DNA of 64,000 bases from Centroscyllium fabricii (Eukaryota), in assembly GCA_051313645.2 (NCBI GenBank), contig JBNRSN020000004.1, positions 239,692,001 to 239,756,000 of the forward strand. The letters are read 5' to 3'. Positions 39,591-52,230 of this stretch are shown here, piece by piece. The notes under the pieces are model-generated. The model was not told the origin of the DNA. It searched no databases and saw only the letters and a program-made list of their open reading frames with translations. The position numbers were made by a program, and so were the translations under genes. Every line of letters starts with the position of its first letter. Position 1 is the stretch's first letter.

Positions 39591-39957
39591 ATCCCAGAGT
39601 CTCCCTGTATATCCATGCTCCCATTCTGGCTAGTCACCTAATTCCTCCCATTTGCTTCGCTATCCTTCTCTATCTTCTGGAATATGCCTTCGAGGAACTT
39701 TCCCTTGCTGTTTATGTATGGAATGTAGCCAGGTGGTCCTCAAGCTCAGCATTTTATTTCTGACTCTTAGATAGTTTGCTTCTGCTTATCTGTAAGATTG
39801 GATGAGTCTTTGATTTCTAATACTCTTCCAGTGTCCTGTGTGTGAAATTGGCTGGGTATTGGCCCTAATGGAGCCTGATACTCTCCCACGATAAAATGTA
39901 TTTGACTTGCTAGGTACTGTATTAGCTATTTGATCCTTCAATATTCTACTAATAGGA

Positions 39958-40330
39958 TGACATGGTGGCGCAGTGGTTAGCACTGCTGCCTCGCAATAAG
40001 AAGCTCCTGGGTTCGAATCCTGCTTAGCCTGGGACCTCTCTGCGTGGAGTTTGCATGTTCTCCCCATGTTCGTGTGGGTTTCCTCCGGGTGCTCCGGTTT
40101 CCTCCCACCACCCAAAGACATGCAGGTTAGGTGAATTGGATATACTAAAAATTGTCCATGAGTATGTGTGTGAGATATAGTTCTTAGAGTTGGCGGTGTC
40201 GGGGGATATGGGGAGAGGGTAGGAGTGGGGTGCTGGGTTTGGATGATCAGCCATGATCTCATCAAAATGGCGGAGCAGGCTCGAAGGGCCGAATGGCCTA
40301 CTCCTGCTCCTATCTTCTGTGTTTCTGTGT
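39958..40330 (+). mobile_element. HE1-like V-SINE
   Basis: A box ggtggcgcagtgg, B box gggttcgaatcc, V-domain and CR1 tail. Confidence 0.92.
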
Positions 40331-41239
40331 AGGCAATGTACAATTAACTGGGTCTTAAGTATCTGGTTATTTGATACTCTCCTTGGTAAATGTCTGATAA
40401 ATGAGTATCAGTTCTATTATCCCTTGATATTTATCATTACCTTGCGACATTAGATGCCAATTAGCTCCCTGGTTCTGAATAATCTGCCAATGTCTAGTAT
40501 AAGAGATTGACTGAGTATTAGTTATCTAGTTTTGCTAATAATCTTTCAGTATCTTGTGTATGCAATTAGCCTGGGATTAGTATTGGATCCTCTGTACTCT
40601 TCTCAGTATCCAATATATGATATACGGTACTGGTGGGTCATTACCTGGTACCCTGGTATTCTTTCACTGCTTAGTGTGTGCCATTGCTTGGGTATCAAGT
40701 ATAGGGTCCCCTAATATTCTTCCAGTATCTTGGGTATGAGATTGGCTGGGTAGCCCTCTATCTGGTCCAATGGTGCTGTTTTGGCGTCTGGTGCATGGGG
40801 TTGGTTGAGCATTAGTTAAGTAGTTCCCTTATGTAAAGGATACAGTTATACTGTCATTTTACATGGTTGTGAAGCAATTTCAGGATGCGCAGTAAGGCAG
40901 AAATAGCAGTAGAATTCAATAGTCAGGTTCTGATCTTACAACTGAGTGCACCAAACTTCTTCCAGGAGATTGTCTTAAACTGGATTTTCTCTCCAGGTGA
41001 AGTATATCTCTAGCCCAGTGTGAAGCTACATTTTAAAAGTGTCCAGACAATCAATGGATTAAGGAATCAGAGCTCTGTCTTGCATCCAAGCATGCATGTA
41101 TTGCCGCTGACATTCCATGGTGATGTGCAGAGGGCAGTATAATTCAGGGCATTGCACTCCCACAAATATCAGTTGGAGTATACAGCTATAGTATAACTGG
41201 AGTCTTAAAAACCTGATTTATCAAATTGACAATATATCA

Positions 41240-41800
41240 CCCATATCGTTCCCTGATGTAGTCCAACGTTCTCCTAGTCAGCCTCCTACCTTTCACCTTC
41301 CAAAACCTTCAGCTCATCCAGGCTCCTGCTGCCCATTCCTTAACTCACACCAAGTCCAGTTCAACCATCACCCCGTGCCCGCTGACCGACATTGGCTCCC
41401 GATCCGGTAACACTGTAATTTAAAACTGTCATCCTTGTGTTCAAATTCTCCATGGCCTCGCCCTTCCCTATCTCCGCAGCCTCCTCCAGCCCAACATCCC
41501 TCTGAGATATCTGCGTTCCTCCAATTCTGGCTTCTTGCACATCCTGAATGTCCGAGCCCCACCATTGGTGGCCGTGTCTGCTGCTGTGCAGGCCCCGCGC
41601 TTTGTAATTCACCCCCTAAACCTCTCCGCCTTTCCACCGCCCTCTCCTCCTTTAAGGAGCTGGTTAAAACCTACCTCTTTGACTAAGCTTTTGATCATCT
41701 GTCCTTCTTCGGCTCCGTGTCAACTTTTGTCTGATAACGCTCTTGTGAAGCAACTTGGGACGATTGACTATGTTAGAAGTGTTATATAAATGCAATTTTT
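41240..41800 (+). mobile_element. L2 LINE 3' fragment
   Basis: Reverse-complement homology to 11090-11620 ('aaaacctacctctttgac'). Confidence 0.8.
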
Positions 41801-44800
41801 TTACAATACCCGTGTATTGGATTGGCTGAGTAACCCCTATCTAGTCCCTTTACAATCTGTGTATGGGACTGGCTGAGTACCAGTTATCCAGTCCCCTGAC
41901 ACTCTCAGTATCTGGCCTACGAGATTGGCTAGGTATTAGCCGTCTTCCCTCTGGGTCGATACTAATTGTACACGCTTAATTAGTTCCCTGTTGTAACAGC
42001 TGCTGACAGATAAACAGTGAAATGGACACGATTAAACCGCGTTTGGTGTCATTTTAGATTCCATCCTACCGTGATGATCTTTGTAATTGAAAGAAGCGTG
42101 TTACCAAAGATCATTCTCTAACAGTTGGAAAGAGAAATGGCTACATATATATATAATTGCCATTTATATAATATATATATAGCCATTTATATATTATATA
42201 TAACATCACTTTGCACACTGCGCATTACAACAAAACAAATAGCGCGTGAACACGGGAATAATAAAAATACATTTGACCGCAACAAATTATTGGTGTAATA
42301 TTCTCTGTCTTGAATTACAATGGTCTGTGGAGCATTGAATTCCCCTTAAAATAATCCTGAAAGGGAGACTTAAAAGGTAATGTTTATACAATTACGCAAA
42401 GAGTTCCGAGGTTAAATAACATGAACATGCTGCGGCAGAATTACGAGCGAGGCAGGCACACATCAGCCCTTGCTTGCCTGTGTGGTTTTGGAAAGGCTGC
42501 AGACTCTCTCTGCACTTGTGTGCACAGCCTCCCTCCGGGCCCCAATTGTCACCCGTTGTCTTCGTGCTCCCCCTACTGTTGATCCGCGTTACTGCACAAT
42601 AATCCCAATTTACTGGTCCCGCATTACACATTTCCTCATACCAATTAAACTGTTCCTAACAGAGGCGTTTCCTCTTTTCGTCACCAAAATTAATTATACT
42701 GATTTGTTTGGAGTTGTTGCACGTCATTATGGTTGAAACGAACAATTTAAACTTGCCGACTTTTTGTTTAATTAATTTTACATTAGTGTTGATAGACCGC
42801 ATCACTCCTGTTGGACTGCAAGAGCAATGGGAATGTACATGATATTGACACAATCCCATTTGGTTTTTTTCCAAAAGTGAGAAACGATTACGATGATTCA
42901 GCTAATATATTAGGCAAACGAAGACCACAACGTACAAAGCAGGATTCGGGTATGTTCATTAGGAACCAACTGGAATAGCATAGAGGCCGTTTAAATTAAC
43001 TTATAGGAGACTGCGAGCAATCGAAAAGGTGGGTTGTGGTTTGATTGTCGACCATTTTGAGACGCGGTCCAATTTAAGAGGTGTCGAAGGAAAAATACAG
43101 GTTTCCTTTAAAAAAATATTATTTTATTTGCCGGACACAATGCGCGAGTGAATTATTCAAGAGCAAAAAGTAGTCTATAATTGTGAAACAGACCAGATTT
43201 TTTTTACTGGTTTTCATCTCCGTCTAAACTAATTAAGGCATACGTATTTATCCAAGTTCGCTTGCCTCGTAAAATCTACACGTTAGATAGTTGCATTGTA
43301 AAAATGGAAGTTTAAGAACAAACCATAACTTACCTATCAGCAAACTCTGTACTTTGTTACTGGGGGATCTTGCACTTCACACGGTAGCATTTTCACAAAT
43401 GCATTATTAAGTCGTTAGTTCATAACATAAAGACGATGCATTCGTCTGAGTTACGTCTAACGATATTTAACATTGCCATTTCTAACCAGTGGAAATATAT
43501 TTTCTCTGCTTGGTACAAGTGTAACTTACACAAGAGTGCCACAGGACACAGAAGAAAACCAATAGGATACGGCCATTTATCGCTTTTTAATCTGTAGAAT
43601 TTAACATTAACACATCCATAATGATCAAATGCTGGGCTGAAATAGTCCAGTTTCATTTACACTATATGCTGACATTAATCGCTGTAATAATTCATAGCTT
43701 TTAGTGCGTTTTTATAGTGTGTAATGGTAACACAGTCACTCAAGAAATGTTTGACTTCCTGGGGTGCATGGCAGTGTGGAGTAAGCACGCGTTTGAACTC
43801 CAAATTCCATCCGTTAAAAGAATTTACGAGGGTAACATGAAATGATGGAATTGGTAAATTCTCGAAAATGTGACCACAACATATAGCCAATTAAAATAAA
43901 TATTTAAAAATAATAATTCTGTAAGCAGCACATATTAATGTGTTGCAATTAATTTGTGAGCACAGAAAAACGCTGGCGAATTGGGTTTGGCGGAGCAGAA
44001 CCCCGTCAAATATGGGTAGGTTGTGGGAGTTTTCTACCCCACTGTTGCGGATAAGAAATATCACTGTCGATGAAAGATCAATAATCTGAGCATGGTGCTC
44101 TTTGCTATGGACTGCTCATAACACTCTTAGTGCCAATAAAACACTTTACTGAGATTGGCGAATGCGTTTCGGCCAATCAGCTGCGAGTTTGTTTGCCCTT
44201 GCACCCATGTTTCCACCGATATGTTTGGGGTTCCTGCGAAGCTGGGCGCTGCACTCCCCGCTGACTGACAAAAACGGGAGGAGCGGGGAATTTTGCATAA
44301 AGTTGTCAGATGCAATCAGAAAGAAACGACAGCAACATCGAATCTACCCAGTGGATGCACGGACGCTGATCCGTGTTGTACTTTGGTGCAGGTGATTCTC
44401 CGACCTCCCACTCCGCACATGCCATTAGATAGCGACCAAAGCCGCTTAACTTGTTACGAGTTCTTATAATGGATTCATTGAATCAGAAAAAAATGTAGAC
44501 ACTAAACAATTCAATGAATTAGCTTCAAGGCATGATATAGATTTCAATAATAGAGGCTTTCAATTTGTCTCGGAATGTCCAAAACTTGTACAAGTGCAGC
44601 AGTACGAAATATATGAATTATTTCTATAAAAAGGTGAAATGTAGATTTGTTTAGGGAATTCTTGATGAACCTACGTTTACTATTTTAGAAGTTTAAGAAT
44701 GATTTATTTCACTAAAATTCATTAAACGAAGCCTAAAGCCTAAATTGAATAACACTGTAGTCACATACAGTGAGCGATGGCTGTAGTTTCAGACTGCAGT

Positions 44801-47800
44801 TAAAACGGAAATAAATCTGAAAGCCAAGTTACTAATTTCGGTCGAAAATAGCACGAGCTCCACGTTACCATATAAACGTGGTACCATATAAACAGACAAT
44901 GTTAACTAAGAAGTACAGTAATGGGGCAGGGAATAACTGCTTTAGCGAGTTTAAAATAGGCCAGGGCAGCAAGGACACTCCATGTGTTCGACACTAAGCA
45001 TTTTATTACTTAGAGACTAAATATTTGTTCAAAAATCTAATGTAGGTGCCTTTGAAGAAAGCCTAGGTGCATTGCCAGATGTAATGACCAATAAATCTCT
45101 AACCTCCCATGTCCCTGTGCTAAATTAGCTGGACCAAAGCCATTTGTCCAACCATATTTCACATACTCAGCTCCAACACAGCCGGCCCTGCCCACCTTTA
45201 TGTAAAGTGCACAATTATGTCAAAAAATAAATGTGCTTCTGGACTTCGACGCAAATAACACTTTTGATCTCGGATCACACTGCGGTTGCCGCCTCAGTGT
45301 CCTTGACACGCACAGATTGAAGTTTAACCGGAGGCGTGTTTACGGTTTTACTTTGCTATTTAAACAGATACATTCTAATAAAATGATCCATTTGCATAGG
45401 TGCAGGATTTATCCTGCTTCAAGAATGATTACTTTCTGGAGCATGGTAAAATATTGCGTTCATCACATAGGTGCTTTTACCTAAGTGCAGCCGAATACAG
45501 CACCAAGATCATTCAGTGATTGCAACCTTTGGAGGTAAGACTCATAAAACTTAAAAGAATAACATTCTTGAATGTCTTCCATTAACTCTGCAGACATCTA
45601 GTGGGAAAGCTATGTCACTACAAGGGCATAGACTGGAATGATCTCGCCTGGAAATCTGGAATATATGTACATCGTTTTTGCTCCTTCTTCACAGAGTGCC
45701 AGACATTATCCTTGCCCGCCGGTCGTTTCAAGTTTTGCAGTGATTCCCTCCGTTATGAGCGAGTTTCCTGCAGTCTCGTCATTGGGGAGTCTGCTACTCG
45801 CAGCATCAGAGTGGTTGTGAGTTGCAGTTAGTCCCGAGAGCTCCTTATCCGACCTGAGCCTGGGCTGAACATGCAGGGGTCAGCCATGCTTATCAGGGAG
45901 CTATAGAGTTCCCACGACCCTCTAATCTCACTGGTCAAATTAAGACGGATACTAATGAACCAGACCTGAGCATAACCCATTAACATCACTCGTCCTTTAC
46001 TCCTAGCGAAGAAGTCATTAATTACCCTCCTTCCTTGCGTCTGTTGGAGCTTGCTAAGAGGACGAGTTAAAGTGACTGGGATCAATTTCTGATCAATTTT
46101 ATAACATTTGCAATCAAAATATTCTAATGCTAAGATTAATATAGGGAGATTCGATAAACATAATTAACTAAAATGTCAAAAATAAAATCACTGGTGTGAT
46201 ATTTTGCAGAAATATATACAGACCATTTTTTTTAACTAAAATAATTCAACATCCATTATGGAGCCGGAAAAAACTATACAATTAGTTCACGCCTTCTGGC
46301 AGCTTTATTTTTCCTTTGCATAATATCAGATGTAAGTTTAGCTTTTTATGTACTGTATTGCCTGATGCAAGCTATCTCGTGTATAAATTAAGTTAATTTT
46401 CGGTGTGGAACACTTCATTTTAAATGTCTGCTGAATATTGCAGCCTCATTTGCCTGCGTGAAGCAACGGAAAACCTCGTTCACGATTAAGATCGTGTGTG
46501 GTATAATGTTCCTAGTGTGTTACATTTGAGCTTCATAAATTGACAAAAAGAAACGTTTCGGTCTAAAAGCGATAGTAAAACTTTATGTTGATACTATCCT
46601 CCACTCAAGTGCATAAAACAATATTAACAGATTATCATTTTACGATGACATAATTTTTAAACAGTTCACTGGGAGGGTGACGAGATGTTTGTCACTGCCT
46701 AGGAAGCATTTTTTTAGACTGGAGAAAGAGAAAATAAACCGATCATCCTTTCATGCTACCTTTATCGCCGAAACTTATAGAAGTCATCGAAGACTTTCAG
46801 GGGCAATTGTGAACAAAGATGTGCAGATGTTTGTTTCGATATGTTTATACAGATAGCCGAAACCAGTCACAGAGGAGATAGTTTGTTTAAATATTCAGTG
46901 TCATAATGTAAATCCTACAAGCACCGGTGATTTGATTTTAAAGGAATAATATTGGTTTATAAATACATTTTGCTGCTGCGTGTTGAAGTGCACCTTAAAT
47001 AATAAAATAGCCCATTTATTGAATATATACAATATGACGTTGCCCCAAGGTTAATGACTTATTAAGGTGGAGAGTACACTTTAATTAAAATACATTCATA
47101 GTAATAAAATAGAAACTTGTTCAGGGAATATATGCACCTGTATTTCCTGTAATACCTTTTAGCAAATTCTTTGTTTTCACATATATGTTTGACAATAACC
47201 AAGAATGAAAATTAGGGATGAAAATTCAAAGCAATAAACGGTAAGTAGCATCAAGATACGTTGATTTGTAGCACTTACGTCTAGCTTATCATTATAGTCT
47301 GTAAGAAACACCGACAGAAAACAATCTTTGTAAAACATACAGTCATCGACAACATTAAATATATCACTTATTATTTGGTATGTAACAGGTATATGTAATG
47401 GAGTTACAGATTGTAACAGAAAATAATGCCATTGCAAAAGATGTGTCGTTCAAGGAGAACAATAAATGATATTTGTCTATTCACGTCTCACGATTGCAAG
47501 CATTTGTAATGCCTTATATTAAACTATCTTTGGCGTTTAGCTTTGACATTGTAATTGTTAAATGTATGAAAGATTGATTTCTTATAGTGTGGACACCAGT
47601 TACAACAATCTCGTTTTCTAGTCTGCATTTATTCGTATGTCTTTAAATCTAATGATATTTTATACCTACAAACTATGGGCTTTGGCATTTTGTCGTTTAT
47701 AAAGGAATGCATATAAAACTTAGGATAATCTTTGCATCTTCTTGCGGGCGTTTATGAGTAGTGCAGACTTGAGGAGATACTTGTCTTCTATACATTGAAA

Positions 47801-48101
47801 ATCTCACATAGAGTTTTAGGTAGCAGTTGTTTACCGAATTTTCATGATTTGAGATCATAGATTCAAATTACCTCAAAGCTGTCATCTGCACATTTATATG
47901 TGTATTCGAAAATGTTATTTGCACTCATTGTACATATTTAACACCTTTGGGTTTTTATCATAAAGTAAAGTATCACTATGGAACTTTATATGCATTTAGT
48001 TAAAGCGATGAGCGTTTTCTTCAGATATTAATAAAATCGTACATAGTATTAAATACAGTGGAAATAATTGAATCGAATAATAGGGTATTACTCGTTTACA
48101 G

Positions 48102-48452
48102 CTCCGTGTGCTCATTCACGCTGGTCTGCCCACCCACGAGCTCAGTACAGACAGAGCAAGAAAAAAATCCAACATAGCAAACCCCAGACTGCAGAACAGG
48201 ACCGCGCTTTCGAGGACACCTGCTTTCTGACGCCTGAAATATGACAACAACGACAATAGCTGTGGCAAAATTGGGACTGTCAGAACAGCAGATAAAGACC
48301 AGGAGATTCCCAAGGAGGAATATTCCAGGCGGGCTCCAATACGTAATGAGCCTTATTTGATGGGAGTCCGCTACAATAACATTTTCTCTTGATCGGTAAA
48401 AATCTGGTTTGAAGATCAACATCAGAACAAGGAAAGACTCATTCGCCGTCAG
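48102..48452 (+). pseudogene. HoxA14: Hox paralogue-14 pseudogene (HoxA14 psi): exons 2 and 3 with split homeobox
   Basis: After the acceptor tttacAG (48100-48101, phase 1) the frame reads 'PCAHSRWSAHPRAQYRQSKKKIQHSKPQTAEQDRAFEDTCFLTPEI*', then after a frameshift 'IAVAKLGLSEQQ' (to 48291). A 104-bp intron with dead ends follows, then 'VKIWFEDQHQNKERLIRRQ' (48396-48452). Compare recalled Hox14 RQRKKRIPYSKQQIAELE.AFE.N.FLTPE.R..IS.KLGLTERQ^VKIWFQNQRQKEKK. It lies 5' of HoxA13 on the same strand. Confidence 0.88.
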
Positions 48453-49383
48453 CAAACTGGAACAAATAATTTAGTTATGGGGTGCAGAGCTGAAACCGGA
48501 CCTTTACAAATAAATTATCTTTTTATGTCAATATTTTTGATAAATATTTACAAATGGCACCAAAAACGAGGAAGTGGCGATGTAGTTTGGTTTAAAGCAT
48601 GAAATATGTAATTATTATTTTGAAGCAAATGTATTGCTATTGACTTGTTCTAAACAATTCAAATTAGAGGTAAATTTAGAATAGAATAGAAAATATGCAC
48701 GACTTTAAGTTTATTATTGTATATTTCCGTGTTTTTATTTTGAATAAAAGGTTCAGTTAAATTTTGTTATAATATATTTGTTAAAAAGTGTGATTTTTTT
48801 AACCTTTTACAAAAATACGTCTTCTCACTAATGGTCTCATTATCTTTTAATAATGTTGGTGCTAAGTATATTGCAACAGTTTCATGAACAATTATGGCAA
48901 TACATTTGAATTACTTTTTAACGTGCAATTTTATTTTGCAATTATAGCGTAAAAAATATACGCACCCACTGTGCATAATAAAGGTGATACAATCGAACGT
49001 GTAAGGTGCCCTCACCAGAGTGAGGGGCCGAGTCAGATATACACTCACAATTCAATGATGTCACTTACTCCAATTCAAGTACAGTATACTGTATTCTTAA
49101 ATTGTATTTGATAATAAAAATAAACAACATTTTATATCGAATGATGGACTAACATTAGTAAATGTGAAAAACGAAGCATGTTACTCTTTAACCCATTGTC
49201 TATGGACGTATGACATTGCTCAATGGCAGCCAACACAAATACATATGCAAAATGTTTGTATATTGTATTCTGAAACGGCTTGATAATTGAAGTTATACCA
49301 ACACGCATGATATCTAGAGATGCCAAACCCAGTTCTCATAAGAAACAAGTTGTTCTCCAAGGACATATGATACATCTACAAAG

Positions 49384-49643
49384 TCCAAAGATGTGCGGGT
49401 TAGGTTGATTGGCCATGATAAATTGACCCTTAGTGTTAGGGGGATTGAATATGTGGGGTTTCGGGGATAGGGTGGGATATGTGTCGGTGCGGGCTCGATA
49501 AGGATCGAGGGATATGGGGAGAGGGCAGGGGCGGGGTACTGAGTTTGGATGATCAGCCATGATCTCATTGAATGGCGGAGCAGGCTCGAAGGGCCGAATG
49601 GCCTGCTCCTGCTCCTAGTTTCTATGTTTCTATGTTTCTATGT
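49384..49643 (+). mobile_element. 5'-truncated HE1-like SINE
   Basis: 3' half is near-identical to the reverse complement of 30584-30815, with a (tttctatg)n tail. Confidence 0.9.
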
Positions 49644-52084
49644 CTGTCTTAGGCATTTGGTCAATGGTACAGGTCATGAGTCAGCATTCACAATTATGAT
49701 TGAATATACTCGAGATCTGTTATAACTAAGAGATGAAAGGAGATGAACCACTTCCTATCTGTAGTGTAGATATATTTATTGATATGTATGTTATGATATT
49801 GTAAATTAAGTAATTCATGGACAGCGACATTGATTAATCATTTTGATGGATCTCAGTCGGGCTCCAGGATAGTATTTCGAAATGTTTCAGGAAAGCAGCA
49901 TGGAATGATTTACAGGATATGTTGGTTTGTGGAGTTGCAGGTTTTCATCTAATAACTGCACAAATATTCCAAATACCAGTCGTCAGACCCATATGGTGAA
50001 CAGGCTGTAATGTAACTTTTAGGAAAATGAGCATTGCAATAATATTACATTTTTCAATTTAAAAACTTTATTGGCATGACAGGATACATCCCTATGTTGC
50101 CAAAGTATAAAACATAACATACATAGTTAAAACGCATAGATACAGATACAGGTATACAATGTATGGGCAGATACCTTATTGTGATTAATTTGGCTATGGT
50201 CTAGAAATAATTCTAACAAAAGTAATAGATACATAATAGAGCAACACAAGAATAAAGAGTTTCTTTGTTGGTTTTGTCTAAGTCATTGCTTTGCGTTTTC
50301 TAACCTGCAGTGCTGGAAATTTGAGATACTGGTAGTCGCAGTGAGTGAAGAACAGCCCATGTTGGAATATGAGTGATGTAACTTATATGGCCGATGTGGT
50401 GGAACATCGGAAATCAAAAAGTCACCCATTAAATTACCTATTTACTGTAACTTAATTATTAAATCAGTAAATATTATTAGTAAATATTCATCAACAAATG
50501 AAGGGAACAAATAATAAAGATGTAAAATGTATGATAACATGATCGGTTTAAACACAGTTCCTGGAGTATGTGAATGTTATTTCCTTTTAAAGCGTATTAG
50601 GCTGGCAGTCATGCAAAAGAGAAACTAAATAGTGACTTTGAGAACATATGCCATATAAGACCTTAAAATTGCCACAAAAGGGTTCTAGAAATGCTCCGAA
50701 TGTAAACATAACAAATGCACTCAAGTCAGCTTAGTTCTTTGACATGATAATTGGATTGTACACGAGGCACAATCTATGCTATAGTCTAAACGTATTTCAT
50801 AACATCCGCAAATAAAATGAACACAAAAATATTTTAATTCTATGATGCTGTTGGACGACGGCTTAGAATGTAGGGGCAAAGATGCAGTTTTAACAGATTT
50901 GCGGTTAATGCGTCCTTCCCATATTATTTGATGGCTTAGTTATGTTGAAAACTACTTTTATAAAGCCGTATTGCGCCGAGGAATCACGACTGATAAAATA
51001 TTCAGAGAAATTTGACTGGACCAACATGGAGATCTTCATTCAGAATGAAGAATTTGGGGATTAAAATACACAAGCTTCCTGGACCACGTAAATATTTTCA
51101 TTGGGTGAAAACTGCAAATCAAGATCTCGGTGATCCCCAAAAGCTTGTACACTTTAACCCTATGTTGATGCAATAAAACGAATCAAAATACGAATTCTCT
51201 TTTATTGGAGAACAACACTTGGACATGTTTTAGACCATATCACATTATGAACCAATGTGTACAACCGTGTATGTTCTCACTCAACTTCTTCTAGTTTTAC
51301 CCCAGCGACCGTTCTGATTTCGGGCACACATAATACGCACCTATGTAGTATTTATTCACAATTTCAGCCCAATAGAACAAAAAACCTAGGTTGATAACAT
51401 ACAGCAAATTAGGACGTCAAGTGCTTTAGTATGAATGTTCTGTAACACGTTTGAAAGCACATATATATTGATCTTATTAAACGAAATAGCAGACCATAAT
51501 TATAAAAGAGTTTATTTTATATTATAGTTCTAAATATGACTTTATAACGTTTCGTGAGATATCCGGAATGGCGGCGTACAGTACCTCTCTGGACAGTTAC
51601 TTCTAAGACCTGCATTTTTTGCTCGTTGCCACAATGTAAGCTTCCCATTGGTGATGTACTGATCTGTAAATAGTTTGAAGCCATATCTTGGAGATCATAC
51701 CTGAGGCCACAGTACGACCCTCAATACACTGGCGTATTATTCATTAAGACAGTTACCTTATCTTCTACAGAATGCCCCTACTTTTTCAAATAATATTGAC
51801 GTGCCTCTAGTGCAAACAGTCAGTTCAAAACAAGAAGTTTTGTAAACACTGCATTTAAACCGGATGCAATGCTATACAATTTGCAATGTATCTTCAAGCG
51901 ACTGCATCCATTTCACATCCTTTTGCCAACCATGCAGAAACAGCCTGGAAGTGAAGACGGTATGGTCAGTGGAATCTTTTTTTTATTTGGAGGGTTGTGA
52001 GTGGAAAACAAAAGAAAACAAACAAAACGGCAATGAAAAAGTCAATTCTCACGGCTTGCCTTTATAAGAATTCAGACAGGGTCG

Positions 52085-52230
52085 TCAACGCGTGAATGAC
52101 AGCACTCACATTGGCTAGACTGCAACTTTCAACTTGACCTTGGCCTTTAGGCCGTGTCTAACCCGTATGTAAAAGAGCTGTCCATTTGGTTGCTGCCATT
52201 TTGTAGCATAACCTACACTGTGGCCGTTTG
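52085..52230. promoter_or_regulatory. Candidate conserved cis-element upstream of HoxA13
   Basis: Motif-dense block: ATTGG (CCAAT reverse) and the nuclear-receptor motif tcaacttgaccttgg (52129-52143). Conservation was not tested. Confidence 0.4.

Noticed and set aside
42136-42202. Imperfect AT-rich hairpin (aaatggcta..tagccattt) at the domain edge
   Set aside because: Mostly (TA)n low-complexity sequence with a short local duplication; no evidence of function.
43266-45095. HOX13-type sites CTCGTAAA (43266) and CCAATAAA (~44132, ~45088)
   Set aside because: Short AT-rich motifs are expected by chance in this composition and cannot be supported without conservation data.
48096-48455. Minus-strand 119-aa ORF overlapping the Hox14 relic
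   Set aside because: It has a non-ATG start and no recognisable domain. It is most likely the antisense shadow of formerly coding sequence.
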